From an uncultured Chloroflexia bacterium (GTDB taxonomy: Bacteria; Chloroflexota; Limnocylindria; Limnocylindrales; CSP1-4): a DNA stretch of 64,000 nt. The position numbers and the translations under genes were made by a program. Where the stretch lies: positions 576,001 to 640,000 of the forward strand of contig CAVPPB010000003.1 in the NCBI GenBank assembly GCA_963707215.1, given 5' to 3'. Shown piece by piece: positions 31,060-42,071 of this stretch (position 1 is its first letter; each line of letters opens with the position of its first letter). The notes under the pieces were generated by a model. It saw only the letters and a program-made list of their open reading frames with translations, had not been told where the DNA came from and ran no database searches.

Positions 31060-31931
31060 CGAGGTGCCGCGGTCGGGGCAGGCTCGTCGTCGGGCGTCCG
31101 ACCGCCCGAACGACCCGGGACGCCGCTCCAGCTCAGTCGCCCGCGACGGTCGGCGCTGGGGTCCAGGGCAGCCCGCAGAGCCCGCTCCAGCTGGCTCTCC
31201 GACAGGGCCCGGACGATCCGGCCGCGCTCGACCAGGCTGATCTGGCGGTTCTCCTCCGACACGACGACCACGACGGCGTCGGTCTCCTCCGTGATGCCGA
31301 GAGCGGCCCGGTGACGGGTCCCGAAGCGCTCGGCGTTGCCGTTCGCCTCGGCCAGGGGCAGCACCGCCCCTGCGGCAAGGATCGACTCACCCCGGACGAT
31401 CACGGCTCCGTCATGGAGGGCCGTCTTGGGCATGAAGATGGTCAGCAGGAGGTCGACCGAGATATCGCCGTCGATCGCGACACCCGTCTCGGCGATCTCA
31501 CCGAGGCCGGTCTCGCGCTCCAGCACGATCAGGGCGCCGTGACCCTCGGCCGAGAGGAGGGCTGCCGCCCGGGAGACCTCGCGGGCGACGTGCTCGACGG
31601 CCCGGCGATCGGCCGGGTTCCACAACCAGGCGAAGGACCCGAAGCGGCCGAGCCGCTCGAGGCCGCGGCGGAGCTCCGGCTGGAAGATGACGACGAGGGC
31701 GAAGATGCCGACGACGGCGCCGGCCTGCATGATCTGGGTGAGCAGGCGCAGGCCCAGCAGCTGGGCCACGGCGTACACGAGGAACAGCACCGACACGCCG
31801 ATCACCAGGGTCACGGCCCTCGTCCCCCGGATGAGGAGGAGGAGCCAGTAGATGAGCACCGCGACCACGGCGACGTCGAGCAGGGTCGTCAGCCGGACCT
31901 GGTCGAGGAGCGACTCGATGATCGGCGACAT
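31056..31931 (-). CDS. cdaA: Diadenylate cyclase CdaA (DacA)
   Basis: 3 TM segments, IFQPELRR, LHDGAV, GTRHRAALG, VSEE. Confidence 0.93.
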   Translation of the reverse strand: MSPIIESLLDQVRLTTLLDVAVVAVLIYWLLLLIRGTRAVTLVIGVSVLFLVYAVAQLLGLRLLTQIMQAGAVVGIFALVVIFQPELRRGLERLGRFGSFAWLWNPADRRAVEHVAREVSRAAALLSAEGHGALIVLERETGLGEIAETGVAIDGDISVDLLLTIFMPKTALHDGAVIVRGESILAAGAVLPLAEANGNAERFGTRHRAALGITEETDAVVVVVSEENRQISLVERGRIVRALSESQLERALRAALDPSADRRGRLSWSGVPGRSGGRTPDDEPAPTAAPR

Positions 31932-31979
31932 CCAGACGAGTGTAGCGCGGGCACGGGAAGGAACGAACCCGGAGCGCGA

Positions 31980-32897
31980 TCAGCCGCTCGTGGGCGGAGA
32001 CCGATCCGGCTCGGGGAGCACGGTCGGGGCCGGCCCGTCGGCGGCCAGTTCCCCGAGGCGGACAAGGAGGGCCTGCTTCTCATCGGCCAGTCGTTCCCAG
32101 CCCCGCTGGCGGTACCGGCGAACGAGGGCCAGGTGGACCGACGGCTCGGTCGGATCGAGGGCCAGGGCCCGGTAGCAGGCGTCGAGGGCGGCGTCGGGAC
32201 GATCCGCCTCGGCATGGGCATCGGCCGCAGCGACCAGGGCGACCCGGGCCGCGGCCGGATCGCCCGCCTCGAGAGCGGCCTCGGCACGGTCCTCGAACGC
32301 CGACGCCTCGAGCGGCTCTGGCTCGGGTCCCGGACCGCTGTCTGCCGCGGCCGGTGTCTCTGCACCCGCTCCCTGCTCGGGCGTCGGCCTCGGCTCCAGC
32401 GGGCCGGTCAGCAGCCGGTCCGCCCGCTCGAGCGTGGCCGCGGCGGAGGCCGACGGGCCGGCCGTGCGCAGCAGGTCGACCAGGCGGCTCACGGTCGCCC
32501 GCCGCTCGCGCAATTCGGCCAGCGACAGCGCCAGGACGGACGTCTCCAGGGCCTCGGCGACGCGCCCGTCGGACTCCTGGACCTCGGCGAGCAGGTCCAG
32601 GCTGACGGCGGCCTCGGCCGGCCGCCCAAGGGCCTGGAGGGCATCGGAGCGACCGGCGAGGGCTGCCTCATCGCGCGCCGACCGGGACAGGGCCGCGTCG
32701 AAGGCGACCAGGCCGTCGGCGGGCCGGCCGACCCGCTGGTAGAGCCCACCGATCCCGATGTGCGGGAGCGCCCGTTCGGGTGCGATCGCGGCGGCTTCGG
32801 CGTACGCCCCGAGAGCCGCCTCGACCTGGCCGCGCAGGGCCGCGACGTGGCCGCGCCGGAGCGCGTCCTTGTAGCGCTCGTAGACCGCCTGGCTCAT
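31980..32897 (-). CDS. Tetratricopeptide repeat protein
   Basis: AYAEAAAIAPERALPH.G.G, AFDAALSR, ACYRALALDP. GAGGTGGGG precedes ATG 32897. Confidence 0.75.
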   Translation of the reverse strand: MSQAVYERYKDALRRGHVAALRGQVEAALGAYAEAAAIAPERALPHIGIGGLYQRVGRPADGLVAFDAALSRSARDEAALAGRSDALQALGRPAEAAVSLDLLAEVQESDGRVAEALETSVLALSLAELRERRATVSRLVDLLRTAGPSASAAATLERADRLLTGPLEPRPTPEQGAGAETPAAADSGPGPEPEPLEASAFEDRAEAALEAGDPAAARVALVAAADAHAEADRPDAALDACYRALALDPTEPSVHLALVRRYRQRGWERLADEKQALLVRLGELAADGPAPTVLPEPDRSPPTSG

Positions 32898-32970
32898 CCC
32901 CACCTCGACCGACCGACGGGCCGGCAGCGACCGCGTCGGGTCTCGAGGGTACCCGACCCGGCGGTCCGGG

Positions 32971-33369
32971 TCAGCGCTTCGTGTACTGCGGCGCCTTGCG
33001 GGCCCGCTTGAGCCCGTACTTCTTGCGCTCCTTCATCCGCGGATCACGGGTCAGGAGCCCGTTCTGGCGGAGCGGGGCGCGGTAGGACTCGCGGTCGATC
33101 TCCAGGAGGGCCCGGGCGATGCCATGGCGGATGGCACCGGCCTGGCCCGTGACCCCGCCGCCCTCGACCTTGACCATCGCGTTGTATTGGCCCTCGGTGC
33201 CGGTGACACGGAACGGGAGGCGGATGTCCGCCTCGCTCACCGCGTTGCCGAAGTGCTCGTAGAGGGAGCGGCCGTTGACGACGATCTCGCCCTCCCCATC
33301 GATGAGACGGACCCGGGCGACCGAGGTCTTCCGACGGCCGGTCCCGGAATGGAACGCTGGCGTTGACAT
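32971..33369 (-). CDS. rpsI: 30S ribosomal protein S9
   Basis: [12 protein letters not shown]...[19 protein letters not shown]. Confidence 0.97.
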   Translation of the reverse strand: MSTPAFHSGTGRRKTSVARVRLIDGEGEIVVNGRSLYEHFGNAVSEADIRLPFRVTGTEGQYNAMVKVEGGGVTGQAGAIRHGIARALLEIDRESYRAPLRQNGLLTRDPRMKERKKYGLKRARKAPQYTKR

Positions 33370-33383
33370 CGACGACTCCTCCC

Positions 33384-33815
33384 TCAGGCGAGCGGCTCAG
33401 GCCGCTGGGCCTGATGCGGGTGGTCGGGACCGGCGTAGATCTTCAGCTTGCGGAGCTGCTGCGCACCCAGCCGATTGTGGGGCAGCATCCCCTTGACCGC
33501 CCGGCGGACGGCCTCCTCGGGGCGGCGCTCAAGCAGGTGGCCAAGGGTCTCGTGGCGGAGGCCCTGCGGGTAGCCCGTGTGGCGCATGTAGAGCTTGGTC
33601 CGGCGCTTGTCCCGGCTCACGGCGACGCGCGCCGCGTTCAGGACGATCACGTGGTCGCCCGTGTCGAGGTGGGATGCGTAGGTGGGCTTGTGCTTGCCCT
33701 CGAGGACACGGGCGATCCGCGACGCGAGCCGGCCGAGCGTCTCGTCCGTCGCATCGACGACGTACCAGCGTCGCTCGATCTCGCCCGCGCGAGGGGTGTA
33801 CGTCTTCGCGGTCAT
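33384..33815 (-). CDS. rplM: 50S ribosomal protein L13
   Basis: WYVVDA..LGRLAS..GKHKP..DTGDHV..GMLP. Confidence 0.97.
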   Translation of the reverse strand: MTAKTYTPRAGEIERRWYVVDATDETLGRLASRIARVLEGKHKPTYASHLDTGDHVIVLNAARVAVSRDKRRTKLYMRHTGYPQGLRHETLGHLLERRPEEAVRRAVKGMLPHNRLGAQQLRKLKIYAGPDHPHQAQRPEPLA

Positions 33816-34576
33816 CGTTCCTCGTGTTCTCCATCGCGGGCCTGCCCGGTCCGCCCGAGGGCGACCCGTCGCAGGCAGAGGCCCTTCGCCGGGGCGCTCG
33901 CCCCATTGAGGGCCGGACGGCCGGCGGCCAGGGCCGCCGCCACGTCTGCCTCATCGATCCTTCCACGGCCGACCTCGATGAGGACGGCCACGATCCGGCG
34001 GACCATCCCCCGGAGGAAGGCGTCCGCTCGGACGTCGATCGTCACGAGCCGGCCCTTCCGCCGGACCCGGACCGCATGAACGGTCCGGACGGTGCCGGTC
34101 TGGTTCGCCGCCCCGAAGGCCCGGAAGTCGTGCCGGCCCTCCAGGACCGACCCGGCCCGCGCCATCGCGGCGGTGTCGAGCGGGGCCCGCAATCCGAGCG
34201 CGAAGCGCTCGTTGAGCGGGCTTGGCGGCCCGTTCCAGACGGTGTAGCGGTACTCCCGGTACCGCGCCGCGTGGCGGGGATGGAACCTGGTGTCCACCTG
34301 GCGCAGGTCGCGGATCGCGACATCCGCCGGGAGGAGGGCTCCCAAGGCCCGCTGCAATCCCTCGGCCGTGAGCCGACCGCGGTAGGTGAACGCGATCACC
34401 TGGTCCGCGGCGTGCACTCCGGCGTCGGTCCTGCCGGCTCCGTCGACCACGACCCTGACGCCCACCAGGCGTCGGAGCGCGGCCTCGAGCTCCCCTTGGA
34501 CCGTCCGGGTCCCCGACTGGGCCTGGAACCCGGCGAAGTCCGTGCCGTCGTATTCGACCCGCGCGACATAGCGCAC
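33812..34576 (-). CDS. truA: tRNA pseudouridine(38-40) synthase
   Basis: EYDGTDFAGFQ, AGRTDAGVHA, GRHDF, FLRGMVR, APAKGL. Start at GTG 34576. Confidence 0.95.
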   Translation of the reverse strand: MRYVARVEYDGTDFAGFQAQSGTRTVQGELEAALRRLVGVRVVVDGAGRTDAGVHAADQVIAFTYRGRLTAEGLQRALGALLPADVAIRDLRQVDTRFHPRHAARYREYRYTVWNGPPSPLNERFALGLRAPLDTAAMARAGSVLEGRHDFRAFGAANQTGTVRTVHAVRVRRKGRLVTIDVRADAFLRGMVRRIVAVLIEVGRGRIDEADVAAALAAGRPALNGASAPAKGLCLRRVALGRTGQARDGEHEER

Positions 34577-34607
34577 GGGCGCGCCCTCTCGAGCGCCTTC
34601 GCCGCGG

Positions 34608-34961
34608 TCAGACGAGCTCGATCTGGACGATCTCAGCTGCGTCGCCGGGCCGCTGGCCGATCCGGACGATCCGGGTGAACCCGGACTGCCGGTCGGCGTA
34701 CTTCGGGGCGATCTCATCGAATAGCTTCTTGACGACGAGCGGCTCGTTGGGCATCTCCGAGATGACCGTCCGCCGCGCGGTGAGGTCGCCCTTCTTGGCA
34801 AGGGTGATCATCCGCTCGACCCGACCCCGGATCTCCTTGGCCTTCGCCTCGGTGGTCCGGATGCGCTCGTAGCGCAGCACCGACACCGTGAGGTTGCGGT
34901 AGAGGGCCATCCGTGGGCCGTGCTTCCGACCGAGCTTGCGGCCGTCGATGCGGTGCGCCAT
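34608..34961 (-). CDS. rplQ: 50S ribosomal protein L17
   Basis: MAHRI.GRKLGR, TTEAKAKE, GFTRI. Confidence 0.96.
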   Translation of the reverse strand: MAHRIDGRKLGRKHGPRMALYRNLTVSVLRYERIRTTEAKAKEIRGRVERMITLAKKGDLTARRTVISEMPNEPLVVKKLFDEIAPKYADRQSGFTRIVRIGQRPGDAAEIVQIELV

Positions 34962-34962
34962 C

Positions 34963-35958
34963 TCAGGCCTCCACCTCGGCCGTCTCCTCGTCGACCAGGA
35001 TCTCGTCGGCCTCCGCGCCGTCGGCAACCTCGTCGTCAGGCAGGATGAAGCCGCGCATCCGGAGGCGCTCCTTCATCTCGTCGAGCGACTTCTTGCCGAA
35101 GTTGCGCATCCGCAGCAGGTCGTCGTCCTTCAGCTGGAGGAGCTGACCCACCTTGACGATGTTGTTGCGCTTGAGCGAGTTGTAGGCCCGCATCGGGAGA
35201 TCGAGCTCCTCGATCGGCATGTCGAGCATGTTCGGCGGCAGTGCCGGGGTACCCGGCGCGGCCGGCTCCACGATCGGGGCGATGCCGATCGTGGCGAACG
35301 GCTGGAACTCCCGGATCAGGATGCCAGCGGCCTTGCTGAGCGCGTCCTGGGGACCGACCGTCCCGTCGGTCTCGACCTCGAGGGTCAGCTTGTCGTAGTT
35401 GGTCATCTGGCCGACGCGCATGCTCTCGACGCGGTAGTTGACCTTCCGGACCGGGGTGAAGATCGCATCGACGGCGATCACGCCGATCGGCAGCTGCTCG
35501 GCCCGCTCGGTCCCGAGGTAGCCGATCCCGCGCTCGACGGTCAGGTCCATCTCGACCGTGACGTCGTCGGCGTCGATCGTCATCAGGACCACATCGGGAT
35601 TGACGATCTCGATGTCGGCAGACTCGGCGATGTCTGCGGCGGTGACGGGACCGGCCCCGCTCTTGAGGAGCCGCAGCGCCACCGGGTGCGAGGCGTAGCT
35701 CTTGAGGCGGAGCTTCTTGACGTTCAGGACGATCTGGGTGACGTCCTCCTTGACGCCGGGGATCGTCGAGAACTCCTGGTAGACGTCACGGATCTGGATG
35801 GAGGTCACCGCGGCGCCCTCGAGGGACGACAGGAGCACGCGACGGAGGGCGTTCCCGATCGTCACGCCGTAGCCGGCCTGGAGGGGGCCGGCCTCGTACT
35901 TGCCGTAGGTCCCGGCTTCCTCGACGGGCTCGATCTGCGGGGTCTCGAGTTCGATCAT
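34963..35958 (-). CDS. rpoA: RNA polymerase alpha subunit
   Basis: GYGVTIGNALRRVLLSS, PGVKEDV, RAYNSLKR, NFGKKSL. Confidence 0.97.
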   Translation of the reverse strand: MIELETPQIEPVEEAGTYGKYEAGPLQAGYGVTIGNALRRVLLSSLEGAAVTSIQIRDVYQEFSTIPGVKEDVTQIVLNVKKLRLKSYASHPVALRLLKSGAGPVTAADIAESADIEIVNPDVVLMTIDADDVTVEMDLTVERGIGYLGTERAEQLPIGVIAVDAIFTPVRKVNYRVESMRVGQMTNYDKLTLEVETDGTVGPQDALSKAAGILIREFQPFATIGIAPIVEPAAPGTPALPPNMLDMPIEELDLPMRAYNSLKRNNIVKVGQLLQLKDDDLLRMRNFGKKSLDEMKERLRMRGFILPDDEVADGAEADEILVDEETAEVEA

Positions 35959-35968
35959 CGTGTGGTGC

Positions 35969-36595
35969 TTACCTCGAGTAGTACTCGACCACGAGCTGCT
36001 CGTTGAGGTCCTGGGGCATCTGCTCCCGACGAGGCGGCTCGACGATCGAGGCGGCGAGCTTCGCCGCATCGACGCTGAGCCACTCCGGGGCCTGGTGCGA
36101 GCGAAGGGTCTCCTTGACCAGCTTGAACGGCTCTCGCGACATCCGCGACTCGCGGACCTCGATGCGATCGCCGGGCTTCAGCTGGAACGATGGGATGTCC
36201 GTCGGGCGGCCGTTGACGGCGAAGTGCCCATGGCCGACGAGCTGCCTGGCCTGGGCCCGGGAGTTCGCGAAGCCAGCCCGGTAGACGGCGTTGTCGAGCC
36301 GCAGCTCGAGCATCCGGAGGAGGTTCTCACCGGTGACACCCGGGCGCATCTCGGCGCTGTCGAAGTAGTTCTTGAACTGGCGCTCGAGGACGCCGTAGAC
36401 GCGGCGGACCTTCTGCTTCTCGCGAAGCTGGAGACCGTAGTCCCCGACCTTGCGGCGGCGGACGCCGTGCTGTCCGGGCGGGCTCGGGCGCCGCTCGAAC
36501 GCGCACTTCTTGGTGTAGCAGCGCGAGCCCTTGAGGTAGAGCTTCATGCCCTCGCGGCGGCAGAGGCGGCAGACGGAGTCGGTGTAGCGAGCCAT
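35969..36595 (-). CDS. rpsD: 30S ribosomal protein S4 (Zn-ribbon type)
   Basis: [26 protein letters not shown]. Confidence 0.97.
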   Translation of the reverse strand: MARYTDSVCRLCRREGMKLYLKGSRCYTKKCAFERRPSPPGQHGVRRRKVGDYGLQLREKQKVRRVYGVLERQFKNYFDSAEMRPGVTGENLLRMLELRLDNAVYRAGFANSRAQARQLVGHGHFAVNGRPTDIPSFQLKPGDRIEVRESRMSREPFKLVKETLRSHQAPEWLSVDAAKLAASIVEPPRREQMPQDLNEQLVVEYYSR

Positions 36596-36610
36596 GGTCA
36601 GGACCCCCGC

Positions 36611-37006
36611 TCAGACGCGGCGCCGCTTGGGCGGGCGGCATCCGTTGTGGGGGATGGGCGTCACGTCGGTGATCGCAGTGACCTCGATGCCGGCCGCCTG
36701 GAGGGACCGGATGGCCTGTTCGCGGCCGGCCCCGGGGCCCTTCACGAAGACCTCGACCTGGCGCAGGCCATGCTCCATGGCCTTCTTCGCGGCCACGTCG
36801 GCCGACAGGGCCGCCGCGTAGGGCGTGCTCTTCCGAGAGCCCTTGAAGCCGGCCACACCGGCCGAGCCCCAGCTGAGGACGTTGCCCGACGGATCGGTCA
36901 GGGTGATGATCGTGTTGTTGAACGACGCCTGGATGTGGGCATGCCCCTGGGGCACGTTCTTGCGCTCCCGGCGTCGCTGTTTCGGCGCTCGCTTGCGATC
37001 GGCCAC
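36611..37006 (-). CDS. rpsK: 30S ribosomal protein S11
   Basis: [37 protein letters not shown]. Confidence 0.97.
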   Translation of the reverse strand: MADRKRAPKQRRRERKNVPQGHAHIQASFNNTIITLTDPSGNVLSWGSAGVAGFKGSRKSTPYAAALSADVAAKKAMEHGLRQVEVFVKGPGAGREQAIRSLQAAGIEVTAITDVTPIPHNGCRPPKRRRV

Positions 37007-37022
37007 GGCGGTCCGGTTCCCC

Positions 37023-37400
37023 TTACTTCTTGGCTTTCTTCCGAGCGCCGACCGTCCGCTTGGGACCGCGCCGCTGGCGTGCATTGGTCTTGGTGCGCTG
37101 GCCACGAGACGGCAGGTTGCGCCGGTGCCGCAGCCCCCGGTACGACCCGATCTCGATGAGCCGCTTGACGTTGAGGGCGACCTCTCGACGGAGATCACCC
37201 TCGACCTTGTAGGTCCGGTCGACCACCTCGCGGAGGCGGTTGACCTGGTCCTCGGTCAGGTCACGGACTCGGGTGTCCGGGTTGATGCTGGTCTGCGCGA
37301 GGACCTTCTGCGACGTCGGCAGGCCGATGCCGTAGATGTAGGTGAGGGCGACCTCGACGCGCTTCTCGCGGGGGATGTCGATTCCGGCGATACGTGCCAT
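37023..37400 (-). CDS. rpsM: 30S ribosomal protein S13
   Basis: [31 protein letters not shown]. Confidence 0.97.
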   Translation of the reverse strand: MARIAGIDIPREKRVEVALTYIYGIGLPTSQKVLAQTSINPDTRVRDLTEDQVNRLREVVDRTYKVEGDLRREVALNVKRLIEIGSYRGLRHRRNLPSRGQRTKTNARQRRGPKRTVGARKKAKK

Positions 37401-37403
37401 CGG

Positions 37404-37517
37404 CTAGCCCTGCCGCTGCTTGTGCTTGGGATTGGTACAGATGACCATCACGGTCCCGTGGCGACGGATGACCTTGCAGTTGTCGCAGCGGGCCTTGACG
37501 GATGCTCTGACTTTCAA
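37404..37517 (-). CDS. rpmJ: 50S ribosomal protein L36 (Zn-binding C+ form; below ORF-track cutoff)
   Basis: Manual translation from TTG 37517: [37 protein letters not shown]. Confidence 0.96.
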   Translation of the reverse strand: MKVRASVKARCDNCKVIRRHGTVMVICTNPKHKQRQG

Positions 37518-37533
37518 CGCGTCCTCGCGGTGC

Positions 37534-37752
37534 TCACTTGAGCCGGTAGGTGATCCGGCCGCGGGTCAGGTCGTAGGGCGACAGCTCCACCCGGACCCGG
37601 TCGCCCGGGAGGATTCGGATGAAGTTCATCCGGAGCTTGCCGCTGATGTGGGCAAGGACACGGTGACCGCTCTCGAGCTCGACCGCGAACATGGTGTTCG
37701 GCAGCGGTTCGATGACGGTCCCCTCGACCTCGATCGCGTCCTTCTTACCCAA
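37534..37752 (-). CDS. infA: Translation initiation factor IF-1
   Basis: TTG 37752, then [44 protein letters not shown]. Confidence 0.97.
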   Translation of the reverse strand: MGKKDAIEVEGTVIEPLPNTMFAVELESGHRVLAHISGKLRMNFIRILPGDRVRVELSPYDLTRGRITYRLK

Positions 37753-37861
37753 CGATATCGTTTCCTCATGTCGCGACGAGTGCCGGCCCGACGCGGGCCG
37801 ACACACGAACGCGTAGCGTATCAGACGAATGGCAGAACCGGCAACCGCGGCCTCGACCCGC

Positions 37862-38647
37862 TCACAGCGCGGTCAGGACCTCCGGGCCGTCGTCGGTGAT
37901 GGCGATGGTGTCCTCGAAGTGGGCGGCCAGGGATCCGTCCGTCGTCGCGACGGTCCAGCCGTCCTCGAGGACGGCGACGGCTGGGTCGCCGATGGTCAGC
38001 ATCGGTTCGATCGCCAGCGTGTGACCCGGCTCGAGCCGGATCCCCGCGGTCGCCGTGCGGTAGTTCGGGATCTGCGGCGCCTCGTGCATGTCGGTCCCGA
38101 TCCCATGGCCGACGAACTGGCGGACGATGCCGAAACCCGCCTCGTGGGCGACGTCCTCGACGGCCCCTGAGATGTCGATGATGCGGGCCCCCCGGACAGC
38201 CGCGGCGATGCCGGCATCGAGGGCGGCACGGGTCGACTCGACGAGCCGACGGGCATCCTCCCCCACCATCCCCACGGTCCAGGTGCGGGCCGCGTCACCG
38301 TGCCAGCCGTCGATGGAGCACCCGGCGTCGACCGACACGAGTTGGCCGTCCTCGATCATCCGTGCGCCCGGGATACCATGGACGACCTCGTTGTCGATGG
38401 AGAGACAGATCGTCGCCGGATACGCCCCGGGACCGTCCCCGTAGCGGCCGGCACCGAGATAGCCCTTGAACGACGGGATGGCTCCGTTGGCCCGCATGTG
38501 GCCCTCCGCGATCGCGTCGAGCCGGGACGCCGACAGGCCCGGCCGGAGCTCGGCCTCGATGAGGGCGAGCACCTCGGCGACGACGCGACCGGCGCGACGC
38601 ATCCGCTCGACCTCCTGGCGCGACTTGCGGGTGACAGGGCGGCTCAG
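37862..38647 (-). CDS. map: Methionine aminopeptidase type I (start probably CTG 38647)
   Basis: [51 protein letters not shown]. Confidence 0.95.
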   Translation of the reverse strand: MSRPVTRKSRQEVERMRRAGRVVAEVLALIEAELRPGLSASRLDAIAEGHMRANGAIPSFKGYLGAGRYGDGPGAYPATICLSIDNEVVHGIPGARMIEDGQLVSVDAGCSIDGWHGDAARTWTVGMVGEDARRLVESTRAALDAGIAAAVRGARIIDISGAVEDVAHEAGFGIVRQFVGHGIGTDMHEAPQIPNYRTATAGIRLEPGHTLAIEPMLTIGDPAVAVLEDGWTVATTDGSLAAHFEDTIAITDDGPEVLTAL

Positions 38648-39309
38648 CCTCGACCTCCGGAGGTGGCGGCGATGGCGTCGAGGAGCGAGCTGCTCACCGC
38701 ATCGATGGGCTGATCACCGTCGACCTGCCGGAGCAGACCGCGCTGTCGGTAGTGCTCGACGACCTCGTCGAGCGCACCGAGCTGGCTGGCCAGGCGAGCC
38801 CGGACCGTCTCGGGCCGGTCATCGTCGCGCTGGACCAGGCGGGAGCCGTCGACGTCGCAGCGACCCGGCTCCCTGGGCGGATTGGACGACTCGTTGTAGA
38901 CGTGTCCCGCGGCCTCGCAGATCCAGCGTCCCGACAGTCGCCTGACGAGGACGTCGTCCTGGACCGCGATGAGGAGGGCACACCCGAGCCGGGCGCCATC
39001 GGCGGCCAGTGCCCGGTCCAGGGCCTCGGCCTGGCCCCGGGTGCGCGGGAAGCCGTCGAGGACGACGCCCGCCTGGGCGTCCGGTCGGGCCAGGCGCGCC
39101 CGGAGCATGTCGATGACGATGGCATCGGGCACGAGCTCGCCACGGTCCATGAAGGCCTTGGCCTGGAGCCCGATCGCCGTGGCCTCGCGGACCTCGGTCC
39201 GGAAGAGGTCGCCGGTCGCCACATGGATCAGCCCGAGCCGCTCGGCCAGCAGAACGGCCTGGGTGCCCTTCCCTGCTCCGGGAGGGCCGAGCAGGACGAC
39301 CAACCTCAC
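38644..39309 (-). CDS. adk: Adenylate kinase
   Basis: GPPGAGKGTQ, TGDLFR, LDGFPRT, RDDD. Confidence 0.96.
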   Translation of the reverse strand: MRLVVLLGPPGAGKGTQAVLLAERLGLIHVATGDLFRTEVREATAIGLQAKAFMDRGELVPDAIVIDMLRARLARPDAQAGVVLDGFPRTRGQAEALDRALAADGARLGCALLIAVQDDVLVRRLSGRWICEAAGHVYNESSNPPREPGRCDVDGSRLVQRDDDRPETVRARLASQLGALDEVVEHYRQRGLLRQVDGDQPIDAVSSSLLDAIAATSGGRG

Positions 39310-40583
39310 CGGATGAAGCCCTCGTAGTTGCGCATCAGCAGCTGGGCTTCGATCTGCTTCATCGTCTCGACGACGACGCTCACGGTGATGAGCAGGCCGG
39401 TCCCGCCGAGGGCGAGGTTGCCAAGGGATGGGAGCACTGCCGACATCACGTACGGGGCCACCGCCACCGAGCCCAGGAAGAGGGCTCCGGCGAGGGTGAT
39501 CCGGGTCACGACCTTGGCCAGGTACTCCTGGGTCGGCCGGCCGGGACGGATGCCCGGGATGAACCCGCCGTTCTTGCGAAGCTGCTCGGCGGTCTCATCC
39601 GGCTTGAAGGTGAAGGCCGTGTAGAAGTACGTGAAGCCGACGGTCAGCAGGAAGTACAGCAGGGCGTAGACGAACTGGTTCTGGAAGAACTGGACGATCG
39701 CGTTGGCGATGTCGGCGACGATCGTGATGTCTGAGGTCGTGAAGTACTGGGCGATCTGGGCCGGGAACAGCAGGATGCTGACGGCGAAGATGATGGGGAT
39801 GACGCCGGCCATGTTGACCCGCAGGGGCAGGAACGTCTGGCCACCCTGATAGAGGCGTCGCCCGCGCACCCGGCTGGCGTATTGGATCGGGATCCGCCGC
39901 TGGCCCTCCTGGATGTAGATGATCACGGCGACCGCGGCCACCGCGACGATCGCGAACGCGACGCCGGCGACGAGGTCCGGGTTGGTCAGGAAGGCGACGA
40001 TGGCAGTCGGTGCCCGACTCACGATCCCGGCGAAGATGATGAAGCTGATGCCGTTCCCGATGCCCTTCTCGGTGATGAGCTCGCCGAGCCACATCAGGGT
40101 GACCGAGCCCGCGGTCAGAGTGATGATCTGGGTGAGTGTCTCGAAGGACGCCAGGTCGAACGGGGTGGTCAGGACGTTCTGCGAGTTGAGCAGGGCCAGG
40201 AAGCCGTAGGCCTGCACGGCCGCCAGCGGCACCGACAGGTAGCGGGTGTACTGGTTGATCTTGTTGCGCCCGTACTCGCCCTCACGGCTCAGCTGCTGGA
40301 GGGACGGGATGACCCCGGTCATCAGCTGCATGATGATCGAGGCGTTGATGAACGGGTTCACCCCGAGGCCGACGATGGAGAAGTTCGAGAGGCCGCCACC
40401 GGAGAAGAGGTCCAGCAGCCCGAAGATCGCGTTGTTCTCGAAGAACTGGTCCAGGGCCTCGCGATCGACGCCCGGCACCGGCACGTGGGCGAGCAACCGG
40501 AAGACGATCAGGATCCCCAGGACGTAGAGGATCCGGCGCCGGATGTCCGGCGCCCGGAAGGCGTTGAGAAGGGACTCGAACAC
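39306..40583 (-). CDS. secY: Preprotein translocase SecY
   Basis: HVPVPG, SGGGL, WLGELITEKGIGNGIS, GVIPIIFA, IPGIRPG, GGTGLLI. Confidence 0.97.
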   Translation of the reverse strand: MFESLLNAFRAPDIRRRILYVLGILIVFRLLAHVPVPGVDREALDQFFENNAIFGLLDLFSGGGLSNFSIVGLGVNPFINASIIMQLMTGVIPSLQQLSREGEYGRNKINQYTRYLSVPLAAVQAYGFLALLNSQNVLTTPFDLASFETLTQIITLTAGSVTLMWLGELITEKGIGNGISFIIFAGIVSRAPTAIVAFLTNPDLVAGVAFAIVAVAAVAVIIYIQEGQRRIPIQYASRVRGRRLYQGGQTFLPLRVNMAGVIPIIFAVSILLFPAQIAQYFTTSDITIVADIANAIVQFFQNQFVYALLYFLLTVGFTYFYTAFTFKPDETAEQLRKNGGFIPGIRPGRPTQEYLAKVVTRITLAGALFLGSVAVAPYVMSAVLPSLGNLALGGTGLLITVSVVVETMKQIEAQLLMRNYEGFIR

Positions 40584-40585
40584 GG

Positions 40586-41332
40586 TCAGGCGTCGGCCGG
40601 GGTGGACCCTTCAGGGTCGTCGCCCGCCGGCTGGCTGGTCGGGACCTCCGTCGCCGCCTCGGTCGTCTCGACGGGCTGCGTCGCCTTGGCCCGGCTGCGG
40701 CGCGGACGGGCGGCCGGCTTCGCCGCGGGTGCCTCGTCCACCTTGTCCGCCTGGGGCTCGTCCGACGGCTCCGGCGTCGTCTCGACGGGCTGGCCGACCT
40801 CCTCGACTCCGAGGGCCTGCATCGGCCGTGTCGGCACCTCGAGGACCTGGACGCTGCCACCGGCCCGCTCGATCTTCTCGACGGCCGATCGGGTGAAGGC
40901 GTCGGCGACCACGAACAGGGCCACGTCGATCTCCCCGTGTCCGAGGATCTTGAGCGGCTTGTCGAGCGTGGTGACGAGCCCGGTGGCCCGGAGGATCTCC
41001 TGGTTGACCGTGATCGGGGCCGCCTTGCCCTTCTTGGTCCCCGTCTCGACCGACTCGAGGCGGCCGGCCGCCACGAGGTCGGCGATCCGGCCGATGTTCA
41101 CGACCTCGTACTCGACCCTGAAGGGGTTGCGGAAGCCGCGGAGCTTGGGGATGCGGACGTGGAGCGGCGTCTGGCCGCCCTCGAACCACGGCGCGATCGA
41201 GCCGCCGGCCCGGGACTTCTGTCCCTTGGTGCCCCGTCCGGCGGTCTTGCCCTTGCCGGCCGCGATGCCGCGACCGACCCGGGTCCGGGGACGGCGGGAG
41301 CCGTCGGCGGGGCGGAGGTCGTGGAGCTTCAT
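40586..41332 (-). CDS. rplO: 50S ribosomal protein L15 with long C-terminal extension
   Basis: RVGRG..GKGKTAGRGTKGQKSR, FEGGQTPL, KILGHG, KIERAGG, then a low-complexity tail. Confidence 0.95.
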   Translation of the reverse strand: MKLHDLRPADGSRRPRTRVGRGIAAGKGKTAGRGTKGQKSRAGGSIAPWFEGGQTPLHVRIPKLRGFRNPFRVEYEVVNIGRIADLVAAGRLESVETGTKKGKAAPITVNQEILRATGLVTTLDKPLKILGHGEIDVALFVVADAFTRSAVEKIERAGGSVQVLEVPTRPMQALGVEEVGQPVETTPEPSDEPQADKVDEAPAAKPAARPRRSRAKATQPVETTEAATEVPTSQPAGDDPEGSTPADA

Positions 41333-41532
41333 GCCTTCTCCTGGGACTCGGGGATCTCCTCGACGCTGACGAGGAAGCGGACCTGCCGGACCATCCCCCG
41401 CGTCGCCGGGTTGTCGGGGACCTCGACGGTGTCGCCGATCCGCTTCAGGCCGAGGGCGCGGATCGTCGCCCGGTTGCGGGCGATGTGGCTGATCGTGCTC
41501 TTGACCTGGGTGACGCGCAGCCTACCGGGCAT
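41329..41532 (-). CDS. rpmD: 50S ribosomal protein L30
   Basis: [22 protein letters not shown]. Confidence 0.95.
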   Translation of the reverse strand: MPGRLRVTQVKSTISHIARNRATIRALGLKRIGDTVEVPDNPATRGMVRQVRFLVSVEEIPESQEKA

Positions 41533-42055
41533 CGCCGGCCTCCCCACTCGGCTGCCCCGAGACGAAGGCCCGGACCGGCACGCCGCGCCGGGCGCTGACC
41601 TCCTCGGCTGACTCGAGCTGGGCGAGCGCGCCGAGGGTCGCCCGGACGACGTTCACCGGGTTCGTCGAACCATAGACCTTGGAGAGGATGTCCTTGATCC
41701 CGGCCGCCTCCACGACCGCCCGGACCGATCCGCCGGCGATGACCCCGGTGCCCTGGGAGGCGGGGCGGAGCATGACCCTGGCGGCCGCGTACTCGGTGCG
41801 GACCTCGTGGGGGATCGTCGTGCCCTGGCGGGGGATCCGGATGATGTGCTTCTTGGCGTCCTCGACGCCCTTCCGGATCGACTCGGGGACCTCGCCGGCC
41901 TTGCCGAGCCCTACGCCCACGTGGCCGTCGCCATCGCCGACGACGACGACGGCACTGAAGCTGAAGCGCCGGCCGCCCTTGACGACCTTGGCGACGCGGT
42001 TGATCTGGACGACGCGCTCCTCGAGCGCGAGCTTGTTCGGGTCGATCTTGGCCAT
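41522..42055 (-). CDS. rpsE: 30S ribosomal protein S5
   Basis: [24 protein letters not shown]. Confidence 0.97.
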   Translation of the reverse strand: MAKIDPNKLALEERVVQINRVAKVVKGGRRFSFSAVVVVGDGDGHVGVGLGKAGEVPESIRKGVEDAKKHIIRIPRQGTTIPHEVRTEYAAARVMLRPASQGTGVIAGGSVRAVVEAAGIKDILSKVYGSTNPVNVVRATLGALAQLESAEEVSARRGVPVRAFVSGQPSGEAGDAR

Positions 42056-42071
42056 TGGTTCGTCGCTCCTC

